From Pedobacter sp. (GTDB lineage Bacteria; Desulfobacterota; Desulfuromonadia; Desulfuromonadales; Syntrophotaleaceae), in NCBI GenBank assembly GCA_050253415.1, contig JBFWJC010000001.1, forward strand, positions 352,001-416,000: a stretch of 64,000 nt of DNA, given 5' to 3'. Positions within the stretch are counted from its first letter, which is position 1; each line of letters starts with the position of its first letter. Made by a program: the position numbers and the translations under genes. Under the pieces are notes generated by a model. The model was not told the origin of the DNA and did not search any database. It saw only the letters and a list, made by a program, of their open reading frames with translations. Below, piece by piece: positions 43,411 to 53,268 of this stretch.

Positions 43411-44402
43411 TTTTTTCAACAGCCGCAGACGGGAACCCCCCCCTGGTTCATCTTATCAATCCCTTTTTGGATGCTGCTGGCGGTGCCGAGTGGGAAACCC
43501 TGCAACTTTATGAGGAATTGCGGCAATATGCGAAGGTGCGACTCTGGTCGGATCGTGCCCCCGATCCACGCTTGTCACATTTCCCCATTCGCATGATACA
43601 GCCGGCACGTTTCAGGTTTCCTTTCGGAGGGATCCTGGTGTTTGTCGGCGCTTACCAAAAATGCCGATCCTGGTTGCGTTGGTGTCGGCCCCGTCGCGTG
43701 ATCGTTCTGGTCAACACAACCTCCCACCACGATCTGGATCGGATACTGACGCGCCTGGGGATAAGCGGATTGCCACATCCCGAGTTGGTCTTCGTGTCAC
43801 GCTGGCAGGCTGATTTCATGGGACGGGAGGGCGTTATTCACCCATCCCCCATCGATCTTGAGCGTTTCCGTCCCCAACCAGAGAGGCCCGGTGATGGCGT
43901 GTTTACCATCGGCCGGCATAGTCGCGATACACTGGAGAAACACCACTTGCACGACCCGCAATTTTATCGTGACCTGGTCCAGGCGGGCAACCGGATCCGC
44001 ATTATGGGGGGCACCTGTCTCCCAAAGGCGTCACTGCCGCAACAAGGGTGCGAAATCCTGCCGACCATGAGCGAGCCGGCAGAGGATTTTCTACGCAGTC
44101 TGGATTGCTTCTTTTACCGGACCAGTCCTCAGTGGCATGAGCCGTTTGGCCGAGTGGTGTTGGAGGCCATGGCGTGTGGTCTGCCGGTGGTGTGCGAACG
44201 GCGAGGCGGATACAGTGAATGGATTACCGACGGCAAAGATGGGTTTTTATTCGATACCGTGGCGCAGGCCCGCACCATTCTGGCCCGGTTAAAGGAAGAT
44301 GCCCCTTTTCGCGCCAAGGTAGGCAAGGCGGCGCGCATTACGGCGGAAAATATTTATTCTGCACAAAATATGAGGCAGCGTCTGGCTTTTTACTATACCT
44401 GA
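43407..44402 (+). CDS. Glycosyltransferase family 4, tandem paralog
   Basis: Same motifs as the upstream gene; ATGA overlap at 43407-43410. Confidence 0.88.
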   Translation: MIFSTAADGNPPLVHLINPFLDAAGGAEWETLQLYEELRQYAKVRLWSDRAPDPRLSHFPIRMIQPARFRFPFGGILVFVGAYQKCRSWLRWCRPRRVIVLVNTTSHHDLDRILTRLGISGLPHPELVFVSRWQADFMGREGVIHPSPIDLERFRPQPERPGDGVFTIGRHSRDTLEKHHLHDPQFYRDLVQAGNRIRIMGGTCLPKASLPQQGCEILPTMSEPAEDFLRSLDCFFYRTSPQWHEPFGRVVLEAMACGLPVVCERRGGYSEWITDGKDGFLFDTVAQARTILARLKEDAPFRAKVGKAARITAENIYSAQNMRQRLAFYYT

Positions 44403-44480
44403 GCTATGCGCTTGCTTTGCTCTCCATAGGTATTATTTTTTCTACTCTCTCCTGCCATTCTATTATTGTTACCTTCCTGA

Positions 44481-45821
44481 TTAGTCGCAATCCGCCACCA
44501 TTCCAACCTTGTTATCCAGATACACTTTTCGGCGTCGCCACAGATAAAACGGCAGGCCGGCCAAGGTAATCAGGATGCCGAGCAGCGAAAGCCCGGGATT
44601 GGTCCAGCCGATCTGCACCAGGATGCACAGATAGGCGGTCACGAAAACCAGCGGTACCAACGGGTAGCCCCAGGTGCGATAGGGGCGCGGGGCATGCGGT
44701 TGCCGCCGGCGCAAAACGAACAGCGCCACGCCGCTGGCTATGCTGGATAACACCATGACAAACACAACGTAGCTCAGCAGCTGGTCGAAGGTGCCGAGCA
44801 GTACCAGCAGGCAGGCCAGAACCGCTTGAATCAGCACGGCACAAGCCGGAGTTCGGTAAAGAGTGTGAACCTCCTTCAGGCAGGACCAGAAAACCCCATC
44901 CTCCCCCATGGCAAAAGAAACCCGCGCACCGGTCATGATGGTGGCGTTGATGCCGGCTGCAATCGCCAGCACGATGGGGATCGAAACAAGTCCAGCTATG
45001 CCAGATCCGTAAAGCCTGACCATGGCGGCCTGGGCGACGTTGACCACGTTATTCAGTTCGGCCATGGGCAGGGCGAGCAGGTAAACCAGGTTGATCAGAG
45101 TGTAGATCAGCGTCACACTCAGGGTTCCCAGGATCAGTGACAGGGGCAGGTTGCGCTGGGGATTTTGGATTTCGCTGCCCATGTAGGCCGAGGCGAACCA
45201 GCCGCTGTAGGTAAAGATGACCGCGATCATGGGGGTGGCGAACAGCCTGCCAGGGTCCGGTTGCACTGCACCGGCCGCAGACAGATGCCGCCAGTCGCCA
45301 CCTCCGGCCACAAAGCCGGCGACGATCAAAACCAGCAAGGTTAGAATGGTGCCGAGGGTGAAAACATTCTGGGTCGTGCCGCTCAGGCGGATGCCCCGGT
45401 AGTTGATCAAGGAAAACAGCAGGATAAACGCCATTGCCATGAACTGCTTGTCTGCCTCCCTCAGAAACGGCAGGAAAATTTTCAGATAACTGACCAACCC
45501 GATGGCCAGCGCGGCGATGGATCCGGGGTTGATCACCCAGAACAGTACCCAGCCGAGCAGAAAACCGGCCCAGGGGCCATAGGCGGCTTTCAGGTAATGA
45601 TAGTCGCCGCCGGCCTTGGGGTACATACCGGCCAGTTCGGCATAGGTCAGGGCCCCGCAGATGGTCAGCAGGCCGCCCAGCACCCATATGCCGAGGAACA
45701 TCCAGGGGTGGGGCAATTCCCTCGCCAGAAAACCGCTGGTGGTAAAGATCCCGGCCCCGATGACGTTACCGATGATCAACAGGTAGGCATCTCCCAGGTC
45801 GAGCCGACGATTCAGTTGCAC
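44481..45821 (-). CDS. APC family amino acid permease
   Basis: IGNVIGAGIF, YAELAGMYPKAGG, FTYSGW and RPYRTWGYP. Probable GTG start at 45821 overlaps the upstream stop. Confidence 0.9.
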   Translation of the reverse strand: MQLNRRLDLGDAYLLIIGNVIGAGIFTTSGFLARELPHPWMFLGIWVLGGLLTICGALTYAELAGMYPKAGGDYHYLKAAYGPWAGFLLGWVLFWVINPGSIAALAIGLVSYLKIFLPFLREADKQFMAMAFILLFSLINYRGIRLSGTTQNVFTLGTILTLLVLIVAGFVAGGGDWRHLSAAGAVQPDPGRLFATPMIAVIFTYSGWFASAYMGSEIQNPQRNLPLSLILGTLSVTLIYTLINLVYLLALPMAELNNVVNVAQAAMVRLYGSGIAGLVSIPIVLAIAAGINATIMTGARVSFAMGEDGVFWSCLKEVHTLYRTPACAVLIQAVLACLLVLLGTFDQLLSYVVFVMVLSSIASGVALFVLRRRQPHAPRPYRTWGYPLVPLVFVTAYLCILVQIGWTNPGLSLLGILITLAGLPFYLWRRRKVYLDNKVGMVADCD

Positions 45822-47482
45822 GCTGCGTTTCCTTCCGCCAGGCATGAGCCTATGTAGATCAGGCCGAGCATCTTTTCCTTTTGGTCCTGCGCGGCTTTGC
45901 GCATCTCGCCAAGGGTGATGGATATCTGGTGTTCGCGGCTACGGATGCCGGCGGCATAGACCAGCCGCACCGGCGTATTATCGGCAAAATGGGTCCGTAG
46001 CAACGATTCGAGTTCCGGCACATCCTGCAACCCCATGAAGATGGCCAGGGTGTCGCCGTTTTTCGCTACGGCCGCAAGGAGTTCGTCGTTGCGACGCAGA
46101 CCGCGCGGCGCGGTAATCACGGTGGAGCCGTTGGCGCTGATATCGCGGTTGATAACCGCATTGGCGGCATTAAGGGAGCTGAGCCCGGCCACGGTTTCGA
46201 TTTCGGCCTCATCCAAATATTCCCTGATCCAGCGGGAACTGCCGTAAATCATCGGGTCGCCCCAGTCGAGAAATGCCACGTTCTTCCCCGCATCCAGTGC
46301 CTTGCGGATCTTGCCTGCATTGGTGCGCCACTCCTCTTGCCGCAACCGGTCCCGTTCCGTCTCGGACAGGGGTGTTTTGCGGTCACGATCCGCAAACGCA
46401 AACGGATCGAACAGCACCTCCTTGCCGCTGAGGTAAGTGGCGAAGCGTTTTTGTATATCCCCCGGTACCGCAATGGCATCGGCCCGTGCCAACGCCGAAA
46501 GGGCTTCGAGGGTGATCTGGCAGGTGTCGCCGGCGCCGACGCCGATCACGGTCAGCTTCGGGACATGCCGGGGGCGCAGCACCTCGATGGATGCCACGTC
46601 GCGCACGAAACGGCTGGCAGACGAATCGGGCAGCACCAGCCATCGTGCATGCTTTTCTCCAAGGGGCTGGCCGCCCATGCGGTCAGCAAGCAGAATCCGC
46701 CGACCGAGGGGCGACCAGAACAATTCCCCGTAGGACAGCAGCGATCGATAGCCATCACGAGATCGGACCAAAAAGACGGTTTGGGGTTCCGCGCCCACCC
46801 CGGCCTGTTTCAAAATATCCACCAGCGGCGTACCGGAAAAACGCTTTACGCCGTCAAAACGGGTGCCGTTCCAGACGATCTTGGTAGTGACTTCAGAGAT
46901 CGATTGGTTGGGTCGTTTTGCCAGTGATACGGGCTGTATCGCGGCATCCCGTGTCGGATCGATCACCTCGATGCTGACGATATCGGTCAGGCAGCGGTCG
47001 CTGTAAAAGTCGTTGCCCAGCACCAGGCGTGGCAGGACGAGCGGTTTTGGTACTAGCGTGGGAGTCTCTTTGGTATATATCGGTGTTGCGGAAAAGGCGA
47101 TGATCACATCGGCCGGACGACCATACGCCACCTCCGCCCACGACAACAGGGTGCGTTGGCCTTGACGATTACGCACCACAAGGGCGAGGTCGATGGCCTT
47201 GGGGAAGGTTCCACCTTCTTTTTCCACTCCGGCAGCCTGCAAAAGATATTGCAGAGGTACGCCCTGGTAGCGATAGACACCATGAAAGGTATTCTGGGTG
47301 GCGACCTCGGTGGTGCGGACCTCCACCGTCCGGTAGTTGGCCAAGTCCTTCAGGGTCAGGCGCTGGGGGTGCTTGACCAGACCGGTGATCGTGACTACCG
47401 GTTCGGCTGCTGCCTGGCAGACAGTGAGTCCGCAGGTAAAAAATAGATACGAAATTACCAGCAATAACCGCAGGTATTTCAT
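45812..47482 (-). CDS. Exported molybdopterin-oxidoreductase-like domains fused to a tetrapyrrole methyltransferase domain (paralog 2, no CxxCH)
   Basis: Signal peptide MKYLRLLLVISYLFF...CQA; ITGLVKHP, YQGVPL and SRDGYRS; C-terminal VIGVGAGD and VAFLDWGDPMIYG. Confidence 0.78.
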   Translation of the reverse strand: MKYLRLLLVISYLFFTCGLTVCQAAAEPVVTITGLVKHPQRLTLKDLANYRTVEVRTTEVATQNTFHGVYRYQGVPLQYLLQAAGVEKEGGTFPKAIDLALVVRNRQGQRTLLSWAEVAYGRPADVIIAFSATPIYTKETPTLVPKPLVLPRLVLGNDFYSDRCLTDIVSIEVIDPTRDAAIQPVSLAKRPNQSISEVTTKIVWNGTRFDGVKRFSGTPLVDILKQAGVGAEPQTVFLVRSRDGYRSLLSYGELFWSPLGRRILLADRMGGQPLGEKHARWLVLPDSSASRFVRDVASIEVLRPRHVPKLTVIGVGAGDTCQITLEALSALARADAIAVPGDIQKRFATYLSGKEVLFDPFAFADRDRKTPLSETERDRLRQEEWRTNAGKIRKALDAGKNVAFLDWGDPMIYGSSRWIREYLDEAEIETVAGLSSLNAANAVINRDISANGSTVITAPRGLRRNDELLAAVAKNGDTLAIFMGLQDVPELESLLRTHFADNTPVRLVYAAGIRSREHQISITLGEMRKAAQDQKEKMLGLIYIGSCLAEGNAACN

Positions 47483-47509
47483 TGCAACCTCTCTTTCAAA
47501 TAATATAAA

Positions 47510-47553
47510 GGGCAGGTTCGCGACAGATCATCCCCGTTGTCGCGAACCTGCCC
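47510..47553. repeat. 16-bp perfect inverted repeat between the two paralogs
   Basis: gggcaggttcgcgaca-N12-tgtcgcgaacctgccc. Confidence 0.75.
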
Positions 47554-47609
47554 CTGCTTATCCACTGGCCGTGTTGCTTGCGCTCCGGATGAAGCGTGTT
47601 ATGCCCGGT

Positions 47610-49412
47610 TTAATGGCACTCGCCGAACCGCACATTCAGGCGCGGCCCCATGTAGATCAGGCCGAGGAATTTTTCCGGTTCGGCTGCCAGGTGGGCCGCC
47701 GCTTGTTGCAGGGTGGTGCGTACCAGGCGTTCACTGCCTGCGACGCCGGCACTGTAGACCAGGTTGACCGGAGTCTCGGCGGAATAATGGCTGTCAAACA
47801 AGGGTTGCATGTCCTGGAATTCCTTCAATCCCATAAAGATGGCCAGGGTATCGCCGCTTTTTGCCAGGGCGGCAAGCAACTGCGGATTTTGTTTCAGACC
47901 GCTCGGCACGGTGATGACCACCGATCCTCCGGCTCCGACGTCGCGCTGGATCATGGCATTGGCCACGTTGAAGGCACTCAGGGCGGGGATGGTTTCGAGC
48001 TGGTCGTCGCTGAAGAAGGCCCGGATCCAGCGGGTGCTGCCGTAGATCATCGGATCGCCCCAGTCCAGAAATGCGACGTTTTTCCCCTCCTTCAGCGCCT
48101 GGCGGATTTTGGCCACCCCCGCCTCGCGTTGCAGGCTGCAGCGTTTATCCGCCTCGGCCGGTGTTAGCTCCGGGTGGGATTTGCGATACATGTGCTGGAT
48201 GAGCACCAAGGGGTCGAACAGCACCGGTTTGTCGCCCAGGTAGGGGGCATAGCGCTTGGCGATATCCGCCGGGGCTACCAGCACGTCAGCGCGCGCCAGG
48301 GCGCCGATAGCCTCCAGGGTGATCAGATCGGTATCACCCGGCCCCACGCCGATGATGGAAATTTTTGCCGCCGGTTTCAGGTCGACGACCTCGATACGCG
48401 CGACGGCCAACACATCCCGATCATCGACCAGTTCCTCGGGTACGATAATGCGGTATTTCCCGCCGCGCTGACCTTCCAGAGTTTTGCCATTGTCACTTTC
48501 GGCGATCATGATGCGCCGGCCCTTAAAGGACTGGAACAGTTCGCCGAAGGAAAACAATGCCCGGTATCCGTCCGGGGCGGAGATCATCACGGCTTTGGTC
48601 AGTTGCTCACCGGCGCCGGCCGCCTCAAGAATCTTGGCCAGAGAAATGCCTTTGTAGCGGTGCAGGCCGTGGTATCCCATATGCACGCCGACGACCTTCT
48701 TCATCATTTCCATACGAGGGTAGTCTTTGAGGTCGGACAGTTTCAGTTCTTTGGCCACCGCACCGGTCACCCGGATTTCCCCGGATTCAAGCTTGGCCGC
48801 ACGATCGACCTTGAGTTTGGGATACAGATCGATGACCTCGATGCGGGTAACGTTTTCCAGGCAACGGTCGGTGTAAAAGTCGCCGCTGAGCAGCAATTTG
48901 GGCATGCCTGCCGGGCGGTCGTATTCGATAAGGGACTTCCGGTAGATTTCCGGGCCGTGGCATTTTAGGCAGCGATCCTCGGTCATCATCGGCTTGACCG
49001 GGGTGGCGGCAAAGGCGATGGTCACTTCGGTGGCATTGCTATAGTAGACTTCGCCCCAGGACAGCACCACCTGCTTGCCGGAAGCATCGGTCACCCGGAT
49101 GGCCAGATCGATCGGTTTTTCAAACGGCTGGTCCTGTTTGACGATTTCAGCCATGTCCAGCAGGGTGCGCAGCGGTACGGCTTTGTGCAGATATACGCCA
49201 TGAAACTTGCCGTCTCGGCTGACCTCGTTGAGCTGAATCTCTACCGACTGAAAGCGGGCCAGATCGTCGGTGGATAATTTGAGGGGGCGTTTGACCTCAC
49301 CGGTGATGCTCATGACCCCTTGTGAAGCCGTCTGCTGATCGGCCGCCAGGCTTTGATGAAAGGCCGGCAAAACAGCCAGTAACGTAAGCAGGGTAACGGC
49401 CATGCGTTTCAT
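47610..49412 (-). CDS. Exported molybdopterin-oxidoreductase-like domains fused to a tetrapyrrole methyltransferase domain, with CxxCH (paralog 1)
   Basis: Signal peptide MKRMAVTLLTLLAVL...SLA; two repeats (ITGEVKRP.../VTGAVAKE...APDGYRA); CLKCH; IIGVGPGDTDLITLEA and GDPMIYG. ATGA overlap with the upstream gene. Confidence 0.8.
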   Translation of the reverse strand: MKRMAVTLLTLLAVLPAFHQSLAADQQTASQGVMSITGEVKRPLKLSTDDLARFQSVEIQLNEVSRDGKFHGVYLHKAVPLRTLLDMAEIVKQDQPFEKPIDLAIRVTDASGKQVVLSWGEVYYSNATEVTIAFAATPVKPMMTEDRCLKCHGPEIYRKSLIEYDRPAGMPKLLLSGDFYTDRCLENVTRIEVIDLYPKLKVDRAAKLESGEIRVTGAVAKELKLSDLKDYPRMEMMKKVVGVHMGYHGLHRYKGISLAKILEAAGAGEQLTKAVMISAPDGYRALFSFGELFQSFKGRRIMIAESDNGKTLEGQRGGKYRIIVPEELVDDRDVLAVARIEVVDLKPAAKISIIGVGPGDTDLITLEAIGALARADVLVAPADIAKRYAPYLGDKPVLFDPLVLIQHMYRKSHPELTPAEADKRCSLQREAGVAKIRQALKEGKNVAFLDWGDPMIYGSTRWIRAFFSDDQLETIPALSAFNVANAMIQRDVGAGGSVVITVPSGLKQNPQLLAALAKSGDTLAIFMGLKEFQDMQPLFDSHYSAETPVNLVYSAGVAGSERLVRTTLQQAAAHLAAEPEKFLGLIYMGPRLNVRFGECH

Positions 49413-50176
49413 GATTTTTGTCCTCCGTTGCGAATCTTGCGAATTTGCGGAAAGTACCAGAGCATCAGCAGGCACAGGATCGTATTGCCGATCAGTATCA
49501 GCAACAGACCGGGATCCTTTTTAACGGTGATTTGAAGGGCCGGCAATACGTCAACGCCGGGTTTGCCGGCCATCCCCAGATGCAGGGTGTAGCCCTGCCA
49601 GTAAATTGGTTCGAGAATGGCGATCTGGCGTTGCACGACGTCGGTCCCGTGTTTCAGCTCCAGGGTGGCCGTGCATTGCTTCATGGTTCCCAAAAGAAGG
49701 GGTTCCCGCCAGTATTCGTAGTGGCGTTCGAGCAAGGTAACCTGAAGATCGTTCACGGTGACTTGTTCTCCGACCACGGCCGGCAGGCGTTGCTTGCTGC
49801 CAGTGAATTCGGTAAGGGCATGACCGCCGATAATAAACAAAAAGCAGAAGTGCATGATGGACGGAGCCAGCAGCAGTGCCAAGATGGCGCGGCGATGCTG
49901 ACCTCGGTGTTGCCAGAGCCAGGTCAGGCGTTGCAGGGTACAGGCGGCGGTATTCACGCCCAGCAGGAAAAGCAGGCCGAACAGCGAAAAGATCCACCAG
50001 TTCTGTATTCCGTTGTGGTGCATGATCCAGGAGGGAAAGAGTTGAGCGTTGAGTTTGCCGAATACCGGCATGTACCGGGTGTAAAAGCTACCGATAAATA
50101 GATTGACAGTCAGCAGGCACAGCAACCATAACGTCAGACGAATACTGGCCATGGACGTCCAGAGTCGTTTAATCAT
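49409..50176 (-). CDS. Short ResB-like cytochrome c biogenesis protein
   Basis: ASIRLTLWLL, NTAACTLQR, His in IMHFCFL, and KKDPG. Confidence 0.75.
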   Translation of the reverse strand: MIKRLWTSMASIRLTLWLLCLLTVNLFIGSFYTRYMPVFGKLNAQLFPSWIMHHNGIQNWWIFSLFGLLFLLGVNTAACTLQRLTWLWQHRGQHRRAILALLLAPSIMHFCFLFIIGGHALTEFTGSKQRLPAVVGEQVTVNDLQVTLLERHYEYWREPLLLGTMKQCTATLELKHGTDVVQRQIAILEPIYWQGYTLHLGMAGKPGVDVLPALQITVKKDPGLLLILIGNTILCLLMLWYFPQIRKIRNGGQKS

Positions 50177-51029
50177 TGCCGACCTCCGTCAGTTTGGAGT
50201 TGCGACAGGCATTCGGTACCGCCCCATGCACCTGCTGGGCTGCGGTAGCCTGAGTGTTGTTGCCGGAGGACTTGGCCGGATTAAGCACGGTAAGATGCGC
50301 CGCCACCTGCAGGGCGTAAGCCACAACCAGCACCACCAGTGCCCCGGACACCGCCCAGCGAGCTTTTTTGCGCAGGTCGAAGGCGCGGTCAAAGTGGGTA
50401 TGCAGGTAGCCGCAGTACAAACACCAGATGGCGGCGGATTGCAGATGCCGTTCTCCCCAGTGAAACGCCGCGCCCCAACCGAGATAACTCCAGACCGCAC
50501 CGATAACCTGGGCCAGGCTGTAAAAGATGAAGCCCCAGATCACCAGTTGGTTGAACAACGGATCGCCGTCGCGACGACGCAGATGGCGCCAGGCGAGCCA
50601 GCCACCGGCCAGGAAACAGGCGATGGCCAGCACTTCAAGGAAGAAAAACAAAGGGGAAGACCAGTTGGCGGTAAACGGTCCGGGTGGCGGAATCTGCACC
50701 GGCAGCGCCAGAGTGGTTAACATCGTCAGCGTCACCAGCCAGCTCAGAGAGGCCGCCTGTTGCCGCTGGCCGCGCCACAGGCATAATAGCGCCAACATAG
50801 CCAGGCACCAAGGCAGAAACAGCGCACCGTTAAAGACTCCGTCGAGGGAGAAAATCCCCCAGCGCCAGCAACGGCCGAGCTGGCTGGTGGTGTGCAGCAT
50901 AAATCCGAGCCCCAGCAGCCAGCATGAAAAACGAAACTTTTTCAGCAGATAAAAGATAAGGCTGCCGGCGTAAACGCCGGCAGCCACATTGAATAACATC
51001 GCGGAGGTAGTCGCTAAAGTCATGCACAA
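50169..51029 (-). CDS. CcsA/ResC-like cytochrome c assembly protein (divergent)
   Basis: TM-rich; degenerate WWD region GAVWSYLGWGAAFHWGER and YLH. Confidence 0.78.
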   Translation of the reverse strand: MCMTLATTSAMLFNVAAGVYAGSLIFYLLKKFRFSCWLLGLGFMLHTTSQLGRCWRWGIFSLDGVFNGALFLPWCLAMLALLCLWRGQRQQAASLSWLVTLTMLTTLALPVQIPPPGPFTANWSSPLFFFLEVLAIACFLAGGWLAWRHLRRRDGDPLFNQLVIWGFIFYSLAQVIGAVWSYLGWGAAFHWGERHLQSAAIWCLYCGYLHTHFDRAFDLRKKARWAVSGALVVLVVAYALQVAAHLTVLNPAKSSGNNTQATAAQQVHGAVPNACRNSKLTEVGND

Positions 51030-51065
51030 TCCCTCGTTGTGGAAGGTTCTGTTTTCATAACAGGA

Positions 51066-53069
51066 TCAGTAGGTGAAGTTGAGGCCGGCCAGGAAGTTGC
51101 GGCCGGGAGCCGGTTGACCGACCTCGTAATAATCACGATCGGTGATATTGTTGACTTCTACAAAAGCAGTCCCTTCCACCCCCAAGAGCTTGCCGAGTTT
51201 CTGCTCGGCCCGGGCATTGAGCAGCAGGAAGTCCGGGGACTGCGTCCACTCTTCAATAAGAGCAGTCGGAGTGTAAGTATTCTTATTAGCGTACTGCCGG
51301 TTTACATAGGAGAGTTGGGTACTGAGGTTGAGCCCGAAGGGGAATCGGTAGCGCAGGTCCAGATTGGCGCGATGGCGCGGCCTCCCTTCCAGCTCGCGGT
51401 CATTTTCCTTGTCTTCGGTGCGCATGTAGGTGTAATTCAGCCCGGCCCAGAACGCCTCGGTGATGTCGGCGCCCAAGGAAACCTCTATCCCTTTGGTGAC
51501 GGCCTCGCCGATATTGATATAAACCGTTTCGCCATCAATTTTATCCTTATCGATGAGGTCTTCGATGTCATTGTAAAAGGCCGCTACCGAAAGAGTTATA
51601 TCCTCGCCGAAGGCTTGGGTCAGGCCGACCTCATAAGTGATGGTTGTCTGGGGGTCGAGATCGGGGTTGCCGCCAATTAATTCGCTGTACAGCTCCTTGA
51701 GATGGGGGAAACGGGTTTTTTTGCCGATGGAGCCGTGGAGGGTAGTGCTCTCCGACAGAGTGATAACCACACCACCCTGGGGATTGATGGCATCGATAGC
51801 TTTCGTCAGCTCCCGACCGGTGGCTTCACGCGGATCGTAATAGTCGTAGCTTACCCCTACCACGAACGCGAGCCAGTCGAGAGGTCGCACCTCGTCTTCG
51901 ATCCCGATGGAGTAGGTATTCGCCGCAAAGGTCTCCCAGGGCGACCAATCGTTTTCATCTAGCGGTTCTTCTTTGTCCCGTTGTTTGGTTTCGTCTCGCA
52001 CAAACGAGCCACCGATCTTGAGGTAACTCCAGCGACCAAAGTCCATGAAAGCCTGCAGTTCACCGCCGGTGCTGTAATTTTCATAAGGGGATAATACATA
52101 AGGTTTCTTTAGACTTTTTGGATATTCACCAAATCGCCCATACATTTCGTCATCGTGGCTGACATAAAATGCGCGGGCTTTGAGCCGCAGCCAGTCGGTC
52201 ACCTGCTGCTCGCCAACCAGGCTCAATTGCCACTGCTCCCATTCGTTAAAACGCCACAGGGGCCGATTCGGCACCCCCTTCTCATTGTTGTAATAGTTGA
52301 AGGTCAGATAGAGTTTAGTCTCCTCGCTGGGCTCATAACCGAGTTTAAAATTGACATGGTGCTGCAGGTAATCGCTTCGATCCCGTTTGCCGCCATCTTC
52401 CGGTGCTTCCAGTTGGTCAGCCCACCAATCCTCATCATAATCGCTGGACAGCCGCCAGCCATTGGAATGGCGGTAGCTGTACCCGGCGTATACAGTGAAG
52501 TCGCCGATCGGAGCTCCGGCACTAACGGAATAGTGCTGGGTGCCGTAGTCACCCCAGGCAGTGCTGGCCGTGGCCATTGGTTTAGACGCGGTCTTGGTGA
52601 TGATATTGATGACCCCGCCCATGGCATTGGGCCCGTACAACACGGATGAGGCGCCTTTGGTGACGGTGATCTTGGCAACATTGTCGATGGGGAATTGGGC
52701 CAAGTCGATAAGACGTGAATATTGCTCGTAAACCGCCACACCATCGATCATTATCTTGACATCTTCACTATTAAAACCACGAATGCTGACGTAGCTTTCG
52801 CCCTTTTTGGAACCTCTCTGCACGAAAACGCCCGGCAATTGTTGCAACGCGTCGGCCACGGTCTGGGCGCCGCGCTGTTTAAAATCCTCCTCGGTTACTT
52901 CCGTAACAGTGGTGGCCAGATTGGCCACCTGTTTTTCCCCGCTGACGATAACCTCGCCCAGGGTAAATACGTCATCAGTGGCTACCTCCTCTGCCGCCAG
53001 CGCCGGCCAAGCTGCCAGTAAACAACCGGCCAGCACCCACGCCGACCACCAAATACGTGTTTTTGTCAT
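51066..53069 (-). CDS. TonB-dependent outer membrane receptor
   Basis: Signal peptide, LGEVIVSG TonB-box region, SIRGF, KGASSVLYGPNAMGGVINIITK and C-terminal PGRNFLAGLNFTY; AGGAGG RBS. Confidence 0.93.
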   Translation of the reverse strand: MTKTRIWWSAWVLAGCLLAAWPALAAEEVATDDVFTLGEVIVSGEKQVANLATTVTEVTEEDFKQRGAQTVADALQQLPGVFVQRGSKKGESYVSIRGFNSEDVKIMIDGVAVYEQYSRLIDLAQFPIDNVAKITVTKGASSVLYGPNAMGGVINIITKTASKPMATASTAWGDYGTQHYSVSAGAPIGDFTVYAGYSYRHSNGWRLSSDYDEDWWADQLEAPEDGGKRDRSDYLQHHVNFKLGYEPSEETKLYLTFNYYNNEKGVPNRPLWRFNEWEQWQLSLVGEQQVTDWLRLKARAFYVSHDDEMYGRFGEYPKSLKKPYVLSPYENYSTGGELQAFMDFGRWSYLKIGGSFVRDETKQRDKEEPLDENDWSPWETFAANTYSIGIEDEVRPLDWLAFVVGVSYDYYDPREATGRELTKAIDAINPQGGVVITLSESTTLHGSIGKKTRFPHLKELYSELIGGNPDLDPQTTITYEVGLTQAFGEDITLSVAAFYNDIEDLIDKDKIDGETVYINIGEAVTKGIEVSLGADITEAFWAGLNYTYMRTEDKENDRELEGRPRHRANLDLRYRFPFGLNLSTQLSYVNRQYANKNTYTPTALIEEWTQSPDFLLLNARAEQKLGKLLGVEGTAFVEVNNITDRDYYEVGQPAPGRNFLAGLNFTY

Positions 53070-53268
53070 AACTCCTCCTTGCAATAAAAATGGAATTTCC
53101 CTGACAGGCATGGGTTGCCTGCGGGAAACTCAGGGTTAGTCACACCTCTTACAGAAAACTTTTGGTAAAACATTCATCAAAATCCGAAAGCGACCAGGCG
53201 GGTTAAATCCGCCCGTCTCCAGCAATAAAATTAAAATTCTTTATCTAATTAAGTGTGATGTCTGAATT

